Origin: Ruditapes philippinarum
Taxonomy: Eukaryota
Length of the DNA stretch: 64,000 nucleotides
NCBI RefSeq assembly: GCF_026571515.1
Contig: NW_026864815.1
Coordinates: 1-64,000 of the forward strand
Reading direction: 5' to 3'
In this document: positions 1 to 14,016 of the stretch, piece by piece
Numbering within the stretch: position 1 is the stretch's first letter
How the letters are laid out: each line of letters begins with the position of its first letter
Notes under the pieces: generated by a model
The model's input: only the letters and a program-made list of their open reading frames with translations
Databases searched by the model: none
Told to the model about the DNA's origin: nothing
Position numbers and translations under genes: made by a program

Positions 1-327
1 GGCGTGCTTCGCTAGCGACAAGACGAAAGTAAACTTGGTAATCTGAATCCGAACCGCAATACGGACTTTACCGAGAATATAACTGTAGCGCCACCTGTTA
101 GCATTATTTGGGTGTCACACATTATTACACCAGATGTCGCGTCGTATTATGCTTGCTGCCTATGCGTCATTCTACCTTATGACATTCGTCATTTAAGCTG
201 AGAAAATAGACCCAAATATAAACAGTTGCAGGTTAAGTTATTGAATTAATATACCAGATCAACAAATGAATAATTATTGATAGTTAAATAACGATATCAA
301 CATACAATTAAGCAAGACGCACACAGC

Positions 328-447
328 AGAAAGCATAATGTGCATGTAAGAAAGCAAGATGTAAAAGTCAGAATGCAAGATGTACAAGTCAGAATGCAAG
401 ATGTACAAGTTAGAAAGCACGATGTAACGTAAGAAAGCAAGATGTAA
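328..447. repeat. 21-bp tandem repeat (GCAAGATGTACAAGTCAGAAT), probably inside a transposon end terminating near 470
   Basis: 5-6 units; bases 1-200 are CpG-rich and the block ends at TTAATACCCTTCCATA. Confidence 0.65.
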
Positions 448-1849
448 TTTTTGCGTTAATACCCTTCCATAATTTAGCGGGTATACTTATTATTTTTTAT
501 TATTCAATATCGCCAACTTCAATATTGTTTAACGTCTGTAACATTTACTTTGATGTTTTTATTTAAATCAATTAACTTTTGATAATGGGGTCTCATGTTT
601 ACATGTTTTGCTATTGATGGTGCTATACTGAAAGTATAAAAGGTATTTCTCCCATTTTACTGACAGTTGAAAGGTTTGAATTGTTGTAGCCACTGTCGGA
701 TATTGACTGTTTTAAAGTGCTTGCTTTGCTCAATAGGTACAGTGTCGGATTTGAAATCCATTAGATCACTGGTTCTATGGCAGAGGCTCGCACAATATAA
801 TTTTATTCCACTCGTGCAATAAATTCAGTATTGAACTTACACTCATTCAATATCCTTTATTTCTTTTTTTTTCAATCTGCATATTAACAGAAAATGATGA
901 AAAATATTGGAATTGTCCAAACTCGACTTTTTCCATGTGTTTACATGGCCTTACACATAATTTTGATTGTGGCATTTTTATTTTATTATATGCAGAAAGT
1001 GTAATTATACAAATAAAATGGGTATATACGCACGCTGTTAATACATACTTGTATATTTTGCTCCATGGTTAAACCACACATGTAAACATCTTCTGGTGCA
1101 TTTTCAGGTACATTTTACAATACACGTTTCAGAATATTGTAGACAAGCAAGGAAGTTGGAGCTTTAGATCTCCTTAAAACTAAAAAGAATTTTGCTTTAT
1201 AATACATATCAATATTTTAAATAACCGTGATTTCACAAGAGTAAACTTTGAAATGCTTATAATCATAATAGCTGCATGGGGTGTTGTTCCCAGATTATTA
1301 GTAAAAGCATTTTTAAAAATGAATAATACAGAAGTAAGGTTGCATACTTTTGGCTAGTGAATGTCTTAAAATTATTGTCTAGTAATAAAATTTTCAGTAT
1401 ACATTTATTTTCTGATTCTGATGATATAATTATGATAGATGATATAAAGAGGTAATAAAAAATTTGTTTCTTCTTTTACAGGCTATATTTTCTGGAACAC
1501 GTTCCATTAATATGAATTGAGTGCTTTCTTTATTTACCCAGGTCCATATATTATACAAAACCCCAGCTCTTTTTAATTAACTTAATTTCTGCAAAAGCAC
1601 ATCCTGTTAAGTTCTATATTAGGCAGGTTTAATAATGTACAATGATGTCCTCCTTATTTTTTTCTGTTCTGGATGTTTCATATAAAAATCAAAAGATGAC
1701 CGCCGGTTTCTTCTTTGGTCATTGATTTGTGGATTTACTTTACTCTAATTTACGAAATAATCCTTTAAATCAAAGGGACAAAACTTTTAACCGCTTGTGT
1801 GCATCATATTTTTGAATACCCTCCCTTAGATAGGATTGTCAATTTCTCA

Positions 1850-2050
1850 TGAATCTGGCACGCGACATGCTCTGCGCATGCCTGGCGCGTTACGGTAGCG
1901 TACACTTTTCACCGGCTCCAGAGTACCGGATAGTTGAATTTTTTTGGATTTTCTGTATCAGACGCGTGTGTCAGGTATTCCAATTTATATTTTATCTAAT
2001 TACATATATGCACATATATCATACGTATTTACGTAAGCTACATACTTTTC
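1850..2050 (+). promoter_or_regulatory. Candidate promoter / non-coding first exon of the hillarin-like gene
   Basis: Local CpG cluster in CpG-poor DNA; NRF-1-like TGCGCATGCC at 1873; candidate donors CAG|gtattc (1974) and AC|gtaagc (2032). Coding exon 1 has an acceptor and so needs an upstream exon. Confidence 0.4.
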
Positions 2051-4941
2051 AATTATAAAAACAAACGGGTAATTCATGCCTGTTGGAATTTCCTAGTAAG
2101 GGAATGTAAACAATTTCATTGCATTTGGTGGGTGGGGTTTACCGGCTTGTCAAAAATATGTTGACGTTTCTGCAGCTACGCGTTGTTTGACATGTGGCAT
2201 TTACTGGACATTTAAAGTAGATTTCTGTACTGCAAATCTGATGTCAATAGAAAATAATATAACCTATTGAAATATCGAGTAGTCATTACTAATTTAAAAT
2301 ATCTTAATTGGCTTGTATAACAATAATGACTTAGAGCAGTTACTTTTCAATTCTGTTTTCTCTGGAATTTAATATGACTTATTTGTACAGTACCATTTGA
2401 AATTCAATATATTTCATTTTGAGAAACTTAATTGATTGACAGCTATTATTTTTAACTTTACTAGTAATGGGCTAGCAGGCTATTGCTAAATTGGCAGAGT
2501 GATAAAGTTTATTAATGACAAGAGCTTGCAAGAAACAGTATTAAAGCCAACTTTGCCAAACAGGGCATGCCATTGCTAAAAGATCTATCAACATACAGAT
2601 TTTGTCATTTGTCAAAAAATCTGTAGGTCAATGTATTTATGTAGAAAACATTTTTTTCTGTTTTTACTGCTTCTTCCATTTGAATATATTTTGTATACAA
2701 AAAGGTACTGTATGAAACAAACATCCTAAGCATAGGGTACCTTCATAATAATAAATTTCTCCAATAACAAGTAAGCATATATTCAAGTATAAAATTTCAT
2801 AATGATTTAATTATCTTGTATAAAAGTGTAATGAACATAATTTTGCAATTGCTTGATGAAAATAAATATGAATCTTATTATTTTCAATAATGTAAATATG
2901 GCCTAAATTGACCAGTTTTGAGTTTGTATAGAGCAGAGATGACACGGAGAGCCAAGTTAGTACAAAGGCTTAAATAAAACGATTAACATACATACTTACA
3001 ATAAAGTCAATATTTAGTTATATTGATATTAGTAGCTGCTTGCATCATCAAGCAATTGAGCAGGTTCTTAAAGTGTCGAAGTATATATAATAATATTATA
3101 GCCAAGGTTACTTCAACTGAGTGTCAATAATCTTCGGCTGTGAGAGGCCTTGGAGTAGGAAAGGATTCCCAAACTTTGTTTACTATTACCTTTCATTATT
3201 AATTTTTTTTCACTTGCGCAGCCCATGGAGAAGAGAATATTGTGACACAGCAGGGGTAAAAGGGAAAGTAAGAAATGGATAAAACAGTGCATTTTATGTC
3301 AAATTGTGATTTAATACTAAAATGAAACTTTTCTTACTTTATTGAATAAAAACAAATACAGACCAGAAAAAATTAGGATCAAAATCTTGGTTACTTTGAG
3401 CAAGTTGATACTTCATAGAAAGTTTGGTCCACGATCCAAGTACCAACTCAGAGAAAGAGGTTTAAAAAGATTTTAATAAATTGTGGCCACAATTTTTCAT
3501 TGACAAGGATATAATAAAGTAAGAGTTAATCTTTTTGGATGTTGGTCATCTAACTAAAAATGGTCCTAACCCTAACCCTTGTGCCCTGTCTTACTTTTGT
3601 TTGGTGTCCTACAGGGCTCCTTGCCGGTGGTCCTATGTTACTGGGTTGCGTGGGGGTTCATTGAATGTTGCCCTTACTTGATGATCTTGTTTTTCATATT
3701 TTATTGCATTGTGGTCAGTGTGGCTTTAAGGGTTGGTTGAAAAAATCATTGTAAACATGTTTTTAACGTCACTGTTGGTAGTGTTTAAAGCTTTAATAAA
3801 TTGTGAACTATCTCACATAAATCATATAGGACTGTGTATGATTTGTAAAACATTCCAAGATCAAGGGTAATTTAACAACAAAACAACTCTGCATGAATTC
3901 TCCTCAGAAAAATCTATTCACATATCATATTAATGAGTTTATTACATCGTTTATGAAAATCTTTGCATGTTTAATGTATTTAGAAGTTATTCCATCAATT
4001 GGTTTGTACTGAAGTTAAGGGAACTACTTCTTTTGGCTAATTTATATTTACAAATGATATGTACTAAAAAGACTACTACAGTTCAGTTCTCATCAGTAAG
4101 CATATCAATTCTCAAACATTGTTGTACATCTCATTCTGATTTTAGCAACATTTACAAATTGTATAACCTCTTAAAGCTAATGACTACTGGTATAGTCTAA
4201 TTCAAAATTACAGTGAGTGTATCATAGTCTATTTCATGTCTCAACCAGGTAAGATGAAAATTCTACAAGAATACTGATGCTACATTACTGATAAGTCTTT
4301 TTCATTGGTTCAAGCTTTTGGTGGTTTTAAAAATGACATGTACAAATCTGTACTTTTGATCATGCATCAGAACTCGATTTGCTGATTTTCTAAACTGAAT
4401 TTGCCCGTTACTTCTATTTTTGGAACTTAGTCCACTATGAGTATCAATAATAGGGATATCAGGGTGAATATTAAAAGATAGCTTAGCCAGCAGTATAGAG
4501 CCTGGGTGTGCAGGCTGGCCTGGCATTATACTGGCGACAAAGGCTATTAATTACTTTATATTTCAGCAGGTCAAGAATTAAGAACTTTAGTTAAAGTGTC
4601 TACATTGACTAAACATTTACAGTTGTCTATAGATTCTAGAATAGGTTTCTATAACTACCTACAAGTTTTACAGAAATATTTCCGACACACAGCTCAATGA
4701 ATGACATTGCATGATATGTAAGTGTCTTGGGGTTATTTTATCAATACATGGATCAATTTCTCAGTAACCAATGATTGTATCAAATGTGTTGTATAGAGAT
4801 GGATACATCATGAAAACACTAGACAGCATTTTCCCTTGGTGTTACATTATATCAGTAATTATTATAGCAAATCATTCCTCGGATGAGATCATTTTTTGGT
4901 ATAAATATGTTTGATTAAAATGTACAAGTGATAGTAAATAC

Positions 4942-5382
4942 ATAGAGGATATTTGTTTAGTTCAGTGTAAGATTGGAATATATTTCACCGAGTGAGCACC
5001 AAAAGGTATATTTCACGAGTGGCGCAGCCACGAGTGAAATATGAACTTTTGGTGTTCACAAGGTGAAATATATTTCAATCTTACACTAAACTAAACAAAT
5101 TTTCTTTTTATTACATGCAAAGGAACGTTTTAAAAGACATTTAACATAATACTGAATGAAAAGCGCACCGAATAATAATACAACGTGACGTCATTTACGA
5201 CGTCACGTCATTCAGTTGGTACCCAGTACTGTGCACGCTGGTATTTCACTGAAACAACGTAAGGGGCTTAAATTCAAAACAGTGAAATTATCAAAGTGGT
5301 AATTTCACTGTTTCAAACAGTGAAATTACCAGTTTTATGTCACTGATATATTTCTATAAACCACCGAAAAGCATGTAATAAA
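4942..5382 (+). mobile_element. Palindromic non-autonomous element (large 5' hairpin; TTTATTACATGC/GCATGTAATAAA inverted pair)
   Basis: Near-perfect ~150-bp hairpin at 4950-5100 centred on GTGGCGCAGCCAC; a second inverted pair at 5107 and 5371. Confidence 0.75.
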
Positions 5383-5995
5383 GTTATAAAAACTGAACCT
5401 CCACTTCTCCTGGGATGTGGGGCATGTACATTGTAGGTTTTACCATTGTATGCCTGTCCAGCTGTCATGGTATGTATTTGTAGATTGAAACAAAAAACCA
5501 GTGTGTCGCTGCATCTGAGTCCTATCAGAATATTTCTAGCTTTTCATGAATAAGTAGTAATGAAACAAAAAATAATGTGGATTTAATAATTTTATCTTGA
5601 ATTGTTATAATTAAACCTTTTTAGTTGGTATGAAAATTCTAGACATGCTCACTGTATGATGCTGTTCACATCTCATATTGAATAATAATATTGATCATGT
5701 TTTATAGAATTAATTTGTCAGCACATCCCTGCATATCCTTTTAAAGCCAGGCTTCTTAGGAAAGTAATTCCCATGTGGTGTATTTTGATATTCTGTCCAA
5801 AATTTAGCTGAAAGTGTATAATATATGCAAGAGAATAATACAGTCCATTGCCTATTATGTGTACAGAGACAGGCAATCCTGCACTTTTCCTCAGACTCCT
5901 TATAATTATTCTATAGATGAAATCCTTGGTATTTGTAATGGGCAGTTTTTAATAGTCAATAGAAGGCATTTCTATTGAATGAATTACGTAGAGTT

Positions 5996-6062
5996 TCACG
6001 GGTCAGTAACATATGATTCACGGGTCAGTAACATATGATTCACGGGTCAGTAACATATGATT
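5996..6062. repeat. 3 x 22-bp perfect tandem repeat
   Basis: TCACGGGTCAGTAACATATGAT three times. Confidence 0.9.
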
Positions 6063-6462
6063 TCAATACTCATCAAATAAAGTCAATTTTTTTTTTTTTT
6101 AAACTTCTACTGTTTAAGGGTGGAATTTTAGGCAATAAGTAAAAAAGGACATTGACTTACATGAAACAAATGAACTTTAATTGTTTTTTCAAACACATAC
6201 AAAATTATGAACAATTGATGTGCAATACATGTAGTATTTTTAATGGAACAAAAATACCCATGGGTAATGAATTGTTGTCATTTTAAGCCATATGTTTTTA
6301 AGAATGAATGTGCAAAATTTATAAAATTAGTTTTAAAAAAGAAATGCTTGAAAAATAATTATGCATTGATTTACATCCAGATTATACTTGACACACACTG
6401 AGTGATAAAATTTATTTGTGATACATGTGATTGAGATAATGTCCTGCATTGTGTCAATATAT

Positions 6463-6684
6463 GAGCTGCGTCATGACAAAACCAACAACCAGCATGGATC
6501 CAGACCAGCCTGCACATCCGTGCAGTCTGATCAGAATCCATGCTGTTCACTATCAGTTTCTCTACTTGTTATAGGGTTTGTAAGCGAACAGCATGGATCC
6601 TGATCAGTCTGAGCATATGCGCAGGCTGGTCTGGATCCATGCTGGTCGCAAACCCATTATGTTGGTTTTGTCATGACACGGCTC
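6463..6684. mobile_element. Fold-back MITE (Sola-like), copy 1
   Basis: GAG...CTC termini, long TIR arms (GACAAAACCAAC...CAGCATGGATCC), ~35-nt spacer; small deletion in the left arm. Confidence 0.9.
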
Positions 6685-7003
6685 AATTATTGTAATAAAG
6701 CCAGGTTTTGTCTGGTAATTTACAATTGTTTAGCAATTTAGTCTGACACTGCAGGTATGATTTGTCACAAGTTTGTGGTAACTTGTTCTTAAAACTTGTT
6801 TACACCCAAGGTTAGCCAAACCATCATGCCATATGACATAACATGTGACTGCAGCATTGCATGAGTGCCGTAAAAAAAAAAGAAATCAAGGGGGCGTTGT
6901 TTACCTTAACGAAATACTACATGTACATGACTCACCAGTATAAAGCCAGGCCTGTCTGCTCACCCAGGCTTTTTACCAAACTCTTAGAGTGTTGTATATT
7001 TAC

Positions 7004-7867
7004 TTTTTAGCTCGACTATACGAAGTATATGGAGAGCTGTCCTACTCGCCCCGGCGTCCGCGTCCAGATTTTAGATTAAAGTTTTGGTGCAGTAAAATAT
7101 TTTTCACTATAACTTTGTCATTTCTTAAGGTATCAACTTCAAACTTCAAATATATGTTCCTTATCATCAACCACATCTTATGTGACAAGGTTCATAACTC
7201 TAGCACCAATATTTTCAGATTTATCTCCCCTTGAACTTAGAATTTTCCTTAAAAAATACTATTTTTTACTGTTTCTTCTTTATTTCTTAAGGGATCAACC
7301 TCATACTTCAAATATATGTACCTTATCATCATCCCCATCTTATGTGACAAGGTTCATAACTCAGTGAGTAGCACCAATATTGCAAGAATTATCTCTCCAT
7401 AAACTTAGATTTTTTTAATAGAAAAATGTTATTTTTTATTATAACTTTTTTATTTTTAAAGGTATCTACCTCAAACTTCAAATACTTATTCCTTATCATC
7501 AATTACATTTTATGTGACAATGTTCATAACTCTTGAAGTAATATTTACAGATTTATCTCTCTTTGAACTTAGGATTTTCTTTAAGAAATATAATAACTTC
7601 TTTACTTTTTAAGGTATCTACTTCAAACTTCAAATATATATTTCTTATCATTACACAAATGTTGTGTGATAAGGTCCATAGCTCTAGCATGACTATTTCT
7701 AGAATTATTCCACTTGATCTTGGAATTAATGTTAACAAATGTTATTTTTTTACTATAACTTAATACATAATTATACATAATGGATTTTTCTTTCATAGTT
7801 TTGTCCTCCTTACTGCGTTCAGTATTTTATTAGTCGAGCTTCGCTGTCTCCTGTGACAGCTCTTGTT
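7004..7867 (+). mobile_element. HINE/Pearl-like non-autonomous Helentron with degenerate ~160-bp core repeats
   Basis: 5' TTTTTAGCTCGAC subTIR, short CGTC microsatellite, tandem cores, 3' GTCGAGC partner, CTGTC...GACAG hairpin, CTCTTGTT end. Confidence 0.82.
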
Positions 7868-7868
7868 A

Positions 7869-9172
7869 TTATACCCCGCACAACAAAGTTGTGGGGGGGT
7901 ATACTGGAATCAGCTTGTCCGTCCGGCTGTCCGTCCGTTTTTTCTTGTCCGCCCAACAACTTAAGATTCCTTTGACCCACAGTCTTCATATTTGGCATGG
8001 AGGTTAGTCATGATTAGTAGATGACCCCTATTGATTTTGAGGTCACCAGGTCAAATGTCGAGCACATGGGCCTTGACTTCAAAAAGCTTGTCCGCCCAAT
8101 AACTTAAGATTCCTTTGACCCACAGTCTTCATATTTGGCATGGAGGTTAGTCATGATAAGTAGATGACCCCTATTGATTTTGAGGTCACCAGATTAAAGG
8201 TCAAGGTCACATGGGCCTTGACTTCAAAAAGTTTTCCGCCTAGTAACTTAAGATTCCTTTGACCGACAGTCTTCATATTTGGCATGGAGATTAGTCATGA
8301 TTAGTAGATGACCCCTTTTGATTTTGAGGTCACCAGGTCAATGGTCAAGGTCACAGGGGCCTTGACATCAAAAAGCTTTTCCGCCCAATAACTTAAGATT
8401 CCTATGACCCACAGTCTTCAAATTTGGCATGGAGGTTAGTCATGATTAGTAGATGACCCCTATCAATTTTGAGGTCACCAGGTCAAAGGTCAAGGTCACA
8501 GGGGCCTTGACTTCAAAAAGATTGTCCGCCCAATAACTTAAGATTCCTTTGATCCCACAGTCTTCATATTTGGCATGGAGGTTAGTCATATTTGGCATGG
8601 AGGTTAGTCATGATTAGTAGATGACCCCTATTGATTTTGAGATCACCAGGTCAGAGGTCAAGGTCACAGGGGCCTTGACTTCAAAAAGCTTGTCCGCCCA
8701 ATAACTTAAGATTCATTTGACCCACAGTCTTCATATTTGGCATGGAGGTTAGTCATGATTAGTAGATGATCCCTATTGATTTTGAGGTCACCGGGTCAAA
8801 GGTCAAGGTCACAGGGCCTTGACTTCAAAAAGCTTGTCTGCCCAATAACTTAAGGTTTCTATGACCCACAGTCTTCATATTTGGCATGGAGGTTAGTCAT
8901 GATTAGTAGATGGTCCATATTGATTTTGAGGTCACTGGGTCAAAGGTCAAGGTCACAGGGACCTTGTCAAAATAAAGCTTTTCCCCTGAATTGCTTCAGA
9001 ATGCCATGACATTTTCACATTTGAAGCATGTAGAATATATAACTTAGCAATGTGCTGGCTTAGTAACCTCAGATTTGGCAGGGAGGTTGTCATTGAGTTC
9101 TAAATGGCCACTGTTGATTCTGACAAAGTGGTATGTGGGGGTATTCACGCCATGAAAGTGGCAGTTCTAGTT
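7869..9172 (+). mobile_element. HINE/Pearl-like element with about 7 tandem ~145-bp core repeats
   Basis: 5' TTATACCCC...GGGGTATA hairpin, (GTCC)n microsatellite, homogeneous cores, 3' GGGGGTAT plus GCCA...TGGC hairpin, TTCTAGTT end. Confidence 0.88.
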
Positions 9173-9229
9173 ATTTTTGATTATTGAAAATCAGAGGGAA
9201 ACCTGGCTTTCATATTAACTCCCATGATA

Positions 9230-9452
9230 ACCGCCTCTGTGGTCAAGGGGTTAGGGTCAATGACTTCTAATCCAGTTACCTCTCTGGCGTGGGTTGGATC
9301 CCTAGGAGCTGCTTTGGTAGTTAAGCATGGAGGAAGGTAGTCTAGTACTGGTGTAACTCTCAAGGAACCATGGTTAGGAAACTACCCGCCTATATGACTG
9401 AAATACTGATGTGAAAAGGCGTAAAAACATTGGAACAAACAAACAAACAAAT
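9230..9452 (+). mobile_element. Diverged tRNA-derived SINE, second family
   Basis: A/B-box-like GTGGTCAAGGGG and GGTTGGATCCC; ATGACTGAAATACTG...AAAGGCGTAAAA; (AAAC)n tail. Confidence 0.6.
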
Positions 9453-11293
9453 CACCACCATAATAGTTTTTTTTCACCAGGAAAGTTAGATTTACTTTTA
9501 AAGCTACGCACACACCTCATTCAAATGTAATATTATATTCTGAAATCCAACATTATTTTGTTATCAGAAACTATAAAGTGCAATCTGAAGAAAACTCATA
9601 TTTTAATTATGCATAAATCAGCATATTTATTCAATATAATTTATTGAAGTTATATAAAAGGTTGAGTATTTTACAGGCATGTTGTATAACATTATGAGAT
9701 ATTATTCATCTGAGGTGGTAGGTGTTTGTTTGTTTCTTTGCAGTTTTTAGCGTGGGTTTTGATCATAAACCATAAAGGTCATAACCTTGTAGAAATTGAA
9801 ATCTCATGTAGCCGGCAGATAACATCCTGCTCTGTCTGTTTATTCTAGGTTTTATCACATTTTTTCTGAAATAATCAGTGACTGTATTAATATTTACTAT
9901 GATTGATTTTTACCTGGATACTATGTAGGTAGATTTGAAAAAAAACATGACTAAGTTTTGGTTGTATATGTCATACAGTTTGATCGCTGGTGGGGATAAA
10001 GACAAACTATGCCACAGATACAGAACCTGAAAAGTCTACAACTTTTTGATCCCCTTGTGGCTGACGGGTTGAGGCATTAGACATTGAGTCTAAGCATCTC
10101 ATAGCTCCATCAGGAGAGGTGTTTTTGACCCCTGGTGTTACTTTAAGTTTGTAACACCCAACATTTGCCAAAATCATCTTTCCTGTTTCAGTGCCTTATG
10201 TCCAAAATATTGTTGGTGTGCCATAATACCAAACAAAAGAAAACCAAGAAAAATTCTGCAACCGTTTGAAGATATACAAATTTGTATAATTACAAATAAT
10301 GGAGAGTTCCAAGTTTAAAGTAGGATAAGGCCAACATACAAAATCACTGAACATAATGAACTAATAAATCAAATATACAGCTTTTCCTTTACATTGTGTA
10401 ATCTACATTTATATAAATATTTTATTGATCATAATTGAAATGAATTCATGATCATTTAGCTTACTCAGCAAAAAATGTTAGAAATATTGATTTGTGCTAC
10501 ACACAGTTACACTGCTGACTGAAGCAGATATGAAAAGACAACATTAAACAAGATAAAATCATTTTACTTTTTGGCAACAGATCTTGGAAGGGAAAACCAT
10601 AGAATTAGAAACAGGTATATATTGCATGTAAGTTAAGTTTATTGACTTTAAAACAGAGCCAGATACTGGATGTTTTTTTCTGAGACTTTCCAGCTTACGG
10701 GGAACATTTTGCTGCCACTCCTTTCTGTTTACCTGTCCCAGGTCCATCATATTGGAAAGAGAGAAAGTATTGATTTATGTTAAATACCTGAACATTACTT
10801 CTTAATTGAAAAAGAAAGGTGGCTTAAGGTACTCTAAAGGTGGTTAAAAGGTGAAAAGTGCATGTGGAATTCATTAAATGCTTAAGAAATTTAAGGCAGG
10901 TATAATTAATGTAAAGTGTTTTAAATGATGGATGATCTAATCTGTAGTCATTTGTTTTAAACTTGTACAGGTGGGAGTATAGGAGAAAAAACATGCATGT
11001 TTTATCATACTGTATCTGGTGTAATTTGTCCTGTATCATTGCACATGAAAATTGCCACCAAAAAATAGTTGAAATCTGACACAATCATGGGTATAAATTA
11101 TAATCATTTGCTTGAGATCGGTCAGTCTGTATATGGGGGTGGGGATTATGTTATCATATTTGAGTGAAATATAATAAGAGTTACATGTATGTAGACACAG
11201 CAGTCTTTGAAATAAAAAGAATAATTCAAGGAGAATAAATCATTCAGGTTACACTCAGGTCTGTGCACACATAAAGTCGCATCTTTAATAAAA

Positions 11294-11600
11294 GGGGCAC
11301 GGTGGCTGAGTGGTTAAGGTCATTGTTTTCAAACCACTTGCTCTCACTGCTGTAGGTTCGAGCCGTGCATTAGCATTGTTTGCATTGTCAGATTTTACAT
11401 GTGAGAAAGCTATCCAGCTAGCTTGCGGAACATAGGTGGTTCTACTATGTGAGGTTCCCTTTGGTGCCTGAAATAATGTACATATGGGCAGCTGAGGTCT
11501 TCTTCCATCAGTAAAGCTGGAAAGTTGCCAATTATGACCTATACTGTGTTGGTGCGACATGCAACCTAACCAAAAAAAACAAAAACAAAAAAAAACAATC
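11294..11600 (+). mobile_element. tRNA-derived SINE, same family as 39638
   Basis: GTGGCTGAGTGGTTAAGGTC, GGTTCGAGCC, shared body (AGCTATCCAGCTAGCTT...CCTGAAATAATG...GTAAAGCTGG), A/C-rich tail. Confidence 0.88.
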
Positions 11601-11878
11601 AAGATAATGTAAGGTCAAGGATCAAGGGGCATTTAGTGTCTTTCTTCACCATTGAAGTTGGATATTCTCTCCCCAAAATTCAGGACAATGTATAGTCATG
11701 TATAATAAAGATATTTTTTTTGTATCTCCATGAAATATCTCTGGATCTCTAGTTGTCATTATATAGTGTCATATAAGGTCTGTACTATTTATGATGTATT
11801 TTATAGTAGGAAATTATGGCCTTGTTATCTCCAGATTGCTGTTTTATTCACCTTTATAGCTATAGGGTGGAAATTACA

Positions 11879-12738
11879 TTTTTAGCTCGACTTTTCTATG
11901 AAAAGGGGAGCTATCCTATTCGCCCCGGCGTCGGCGTCGGCGTCACACCTTGGTTAAGTTTTTCGTACCACCCCACTTTATTTCAGAAGTATTACAAGTA
12001 TGGCTTTGAAACTTACCATACTTGTTCACCATCATAACCTCCATCTACAGACAAGAGTACATAACTCTGTCAAGGTTTTTGACAGAATTATGGCCCTTTT
12101 TTGACTTAGAAAGTGTATTGAGCTTGGTTAAGTTTTTTGTACCACCTCACTTTATTTCAAAACCATTGGAGGTATTGCTTTGAAACTGACCATACTTGTT
12201 TACCATCACGACCTTCATCAACAGACAAGAGGACATAACTCTGTCAAGGTTTTTGACAGAATTATGCCCCTTTTTGACTTAGAAAATACATTGAATATGG
12301 GTAAAATCCACTTATTGCCTTAACCCTTTGAGATATTGCTTTGAAACTTTTAATGCTATTTCACATCATTACCCCCATCTGTACGCAAGAGAAGGTAACT
12401 CTTTCAAGGATTTGTTTTAAAAATTAAGGCCTTTTATCGACTTAGAATCTTGGTTAAGTTTTTAGTACCAGTCCACTTTTTGACTGAACTGTTTGAGATA
12501 TTAATTTTTTAGTTTTTAGTACCAGCCCTCTTTTGACTTAAACATTTCAAACTTTGCTGCAGTGTTCAAGGGTATCACACAATTCAGTAAAATAATTCTT
12601 CACTAAATATCTTAATGCTCATGGCCATTGTTCACTTTAAAAATACAGAGATTCTTGTATTTCCTTTTACTGCAAAAACTTTTTTTATTGGCAAGCAATA
12701 AAAAAGTCGAGCGCGCTGTCTTACGGACAGCTCTTGTT
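11879..12738 (+). mobile_element. HINE/Pearl-like element with ~170-bp cores
   Basis: TTTTTAGCTCGAC, (GGCGTC)3, repeated CATAACTCTGTCAAGG cores, GTCGAGC...CTGTC/GACAG...CTCTTGTT end. Confidence 0.85.
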
Positions 12739-14016
12739 ATGAAGCTTCCAACTCGCACATAAAAAAAGCTATCTCTTAAAACACAAGGCCCTTTAAATGA
12801 TTAGATTGTAGCTTAATTTGGTCAGAGTATTGTAAATTGATGGTCACCAGAAACTGTTGATGAATTATGCTAGGATTTGTTCAATTCTTTATGAAAGTTT
12901 AATTCAGATTTCAGGACATTGAGGCTGGTGTACAGGGGCAAGAAAGATGTTTAACTTTTCCATTAGCCCTCACAAACAGACTCAAATCAAAACGAGTTTG
13001 CAATTTTCATATAACTGTTGTTTTGATTGGTCTAGAAGGATCTCCTCTTTGTTCAGAATTTAATGAATGCAAAATTATGCTCATATAATTTGTAAAATTG
13101 TATTCTTTAAATTCATAGAACTCTTACTGAACATTTCAATATCAAATAAGATTTTAGCAGCTTTCAGTTGTAGGAAGACTTGCCTGAATATTTGATGATG
13201 GCCTTTACTAGACAAGTCAATTTGAAAGGTTAAGTCTTGTATTTCAAATTTTGTGTATTTCCATAGTAAATTATTAGACCAGTGTAAAAAATTGTTTACT
13301 TGATCCTTTAGCGAAATGTTTATAAAACCATTGGATGACTGTTTTGTAAACTATTTTACCAAATAAGTCATTGTATTGGCTTATAAATGAATGCATTGTT
13401 TGTTATTTTATATTATATGACCATTGAAAAATAAATGATTACAAGTCAGGAAATCTTATAATGAAGTGAGTCAGTACATGAAGCATGTGAAGTGTAACAC
13501 ACAAGTGGTTTATGCATATTAGCTTGTTAATACAGAAAAGCTGTTTTATACATTCGGTGTATGGTTTGATATATATATTCCTTTTTTCGCCTCAAACAAG
13601 AATGCGAAATCGAATTTACCACAAAACTCATCATGAATATCCTGTTAAGTCGTTACATAGATTATTATTGATGAGAATTAGGGTGGAAAAAAACTTGCCA
13701 TTCATCGGGTTATACTTTAAGCGAGATACGTCAACAGGAAAAGTTATTAAAATCATCGATCTTTGTGTTTTCTTTTCCCTTGTATATATTGACATAGAGG
13801 TGAAATCATATATAGTTAAGTTTTCAGTAATATTTATAATTTCATTATAGTTTTGATTTCAACACTTATTGAGCTTGAGGTTTGTTTTCTTTAATTATAT
13901 TTAATATGTCATGGCTTCAGCATGTATCATGTTTGTTGTTGTTCAAGGTTGTTTTGTCAGCATTTTATGGGCTAGATTGATTAATTGATTGATGGGTGAA
14001 TTAATAAGTAAATTAT

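Noticed and set aside
3566-3579. CCTAACCCTAACCC telomere-like motif
   Set aside because: Only about two units; too short to call an interstitial telomere.
7945-8970. Regular repeats resembling a CRISPR array (also 45490-47320 and 57318-58300)
   Set aside because: Head-to-tail monomers with no unique spacers, inside HINE termini, in a eukaryotic intron; no cas genes.
13512-13850. 112-aa ORF upstream of the gene, considered as a possible LIM exon
   Set aside because: No Cys/His LIM spacing, AT-rich intron-like composition and no compatible splice path into exon 1.
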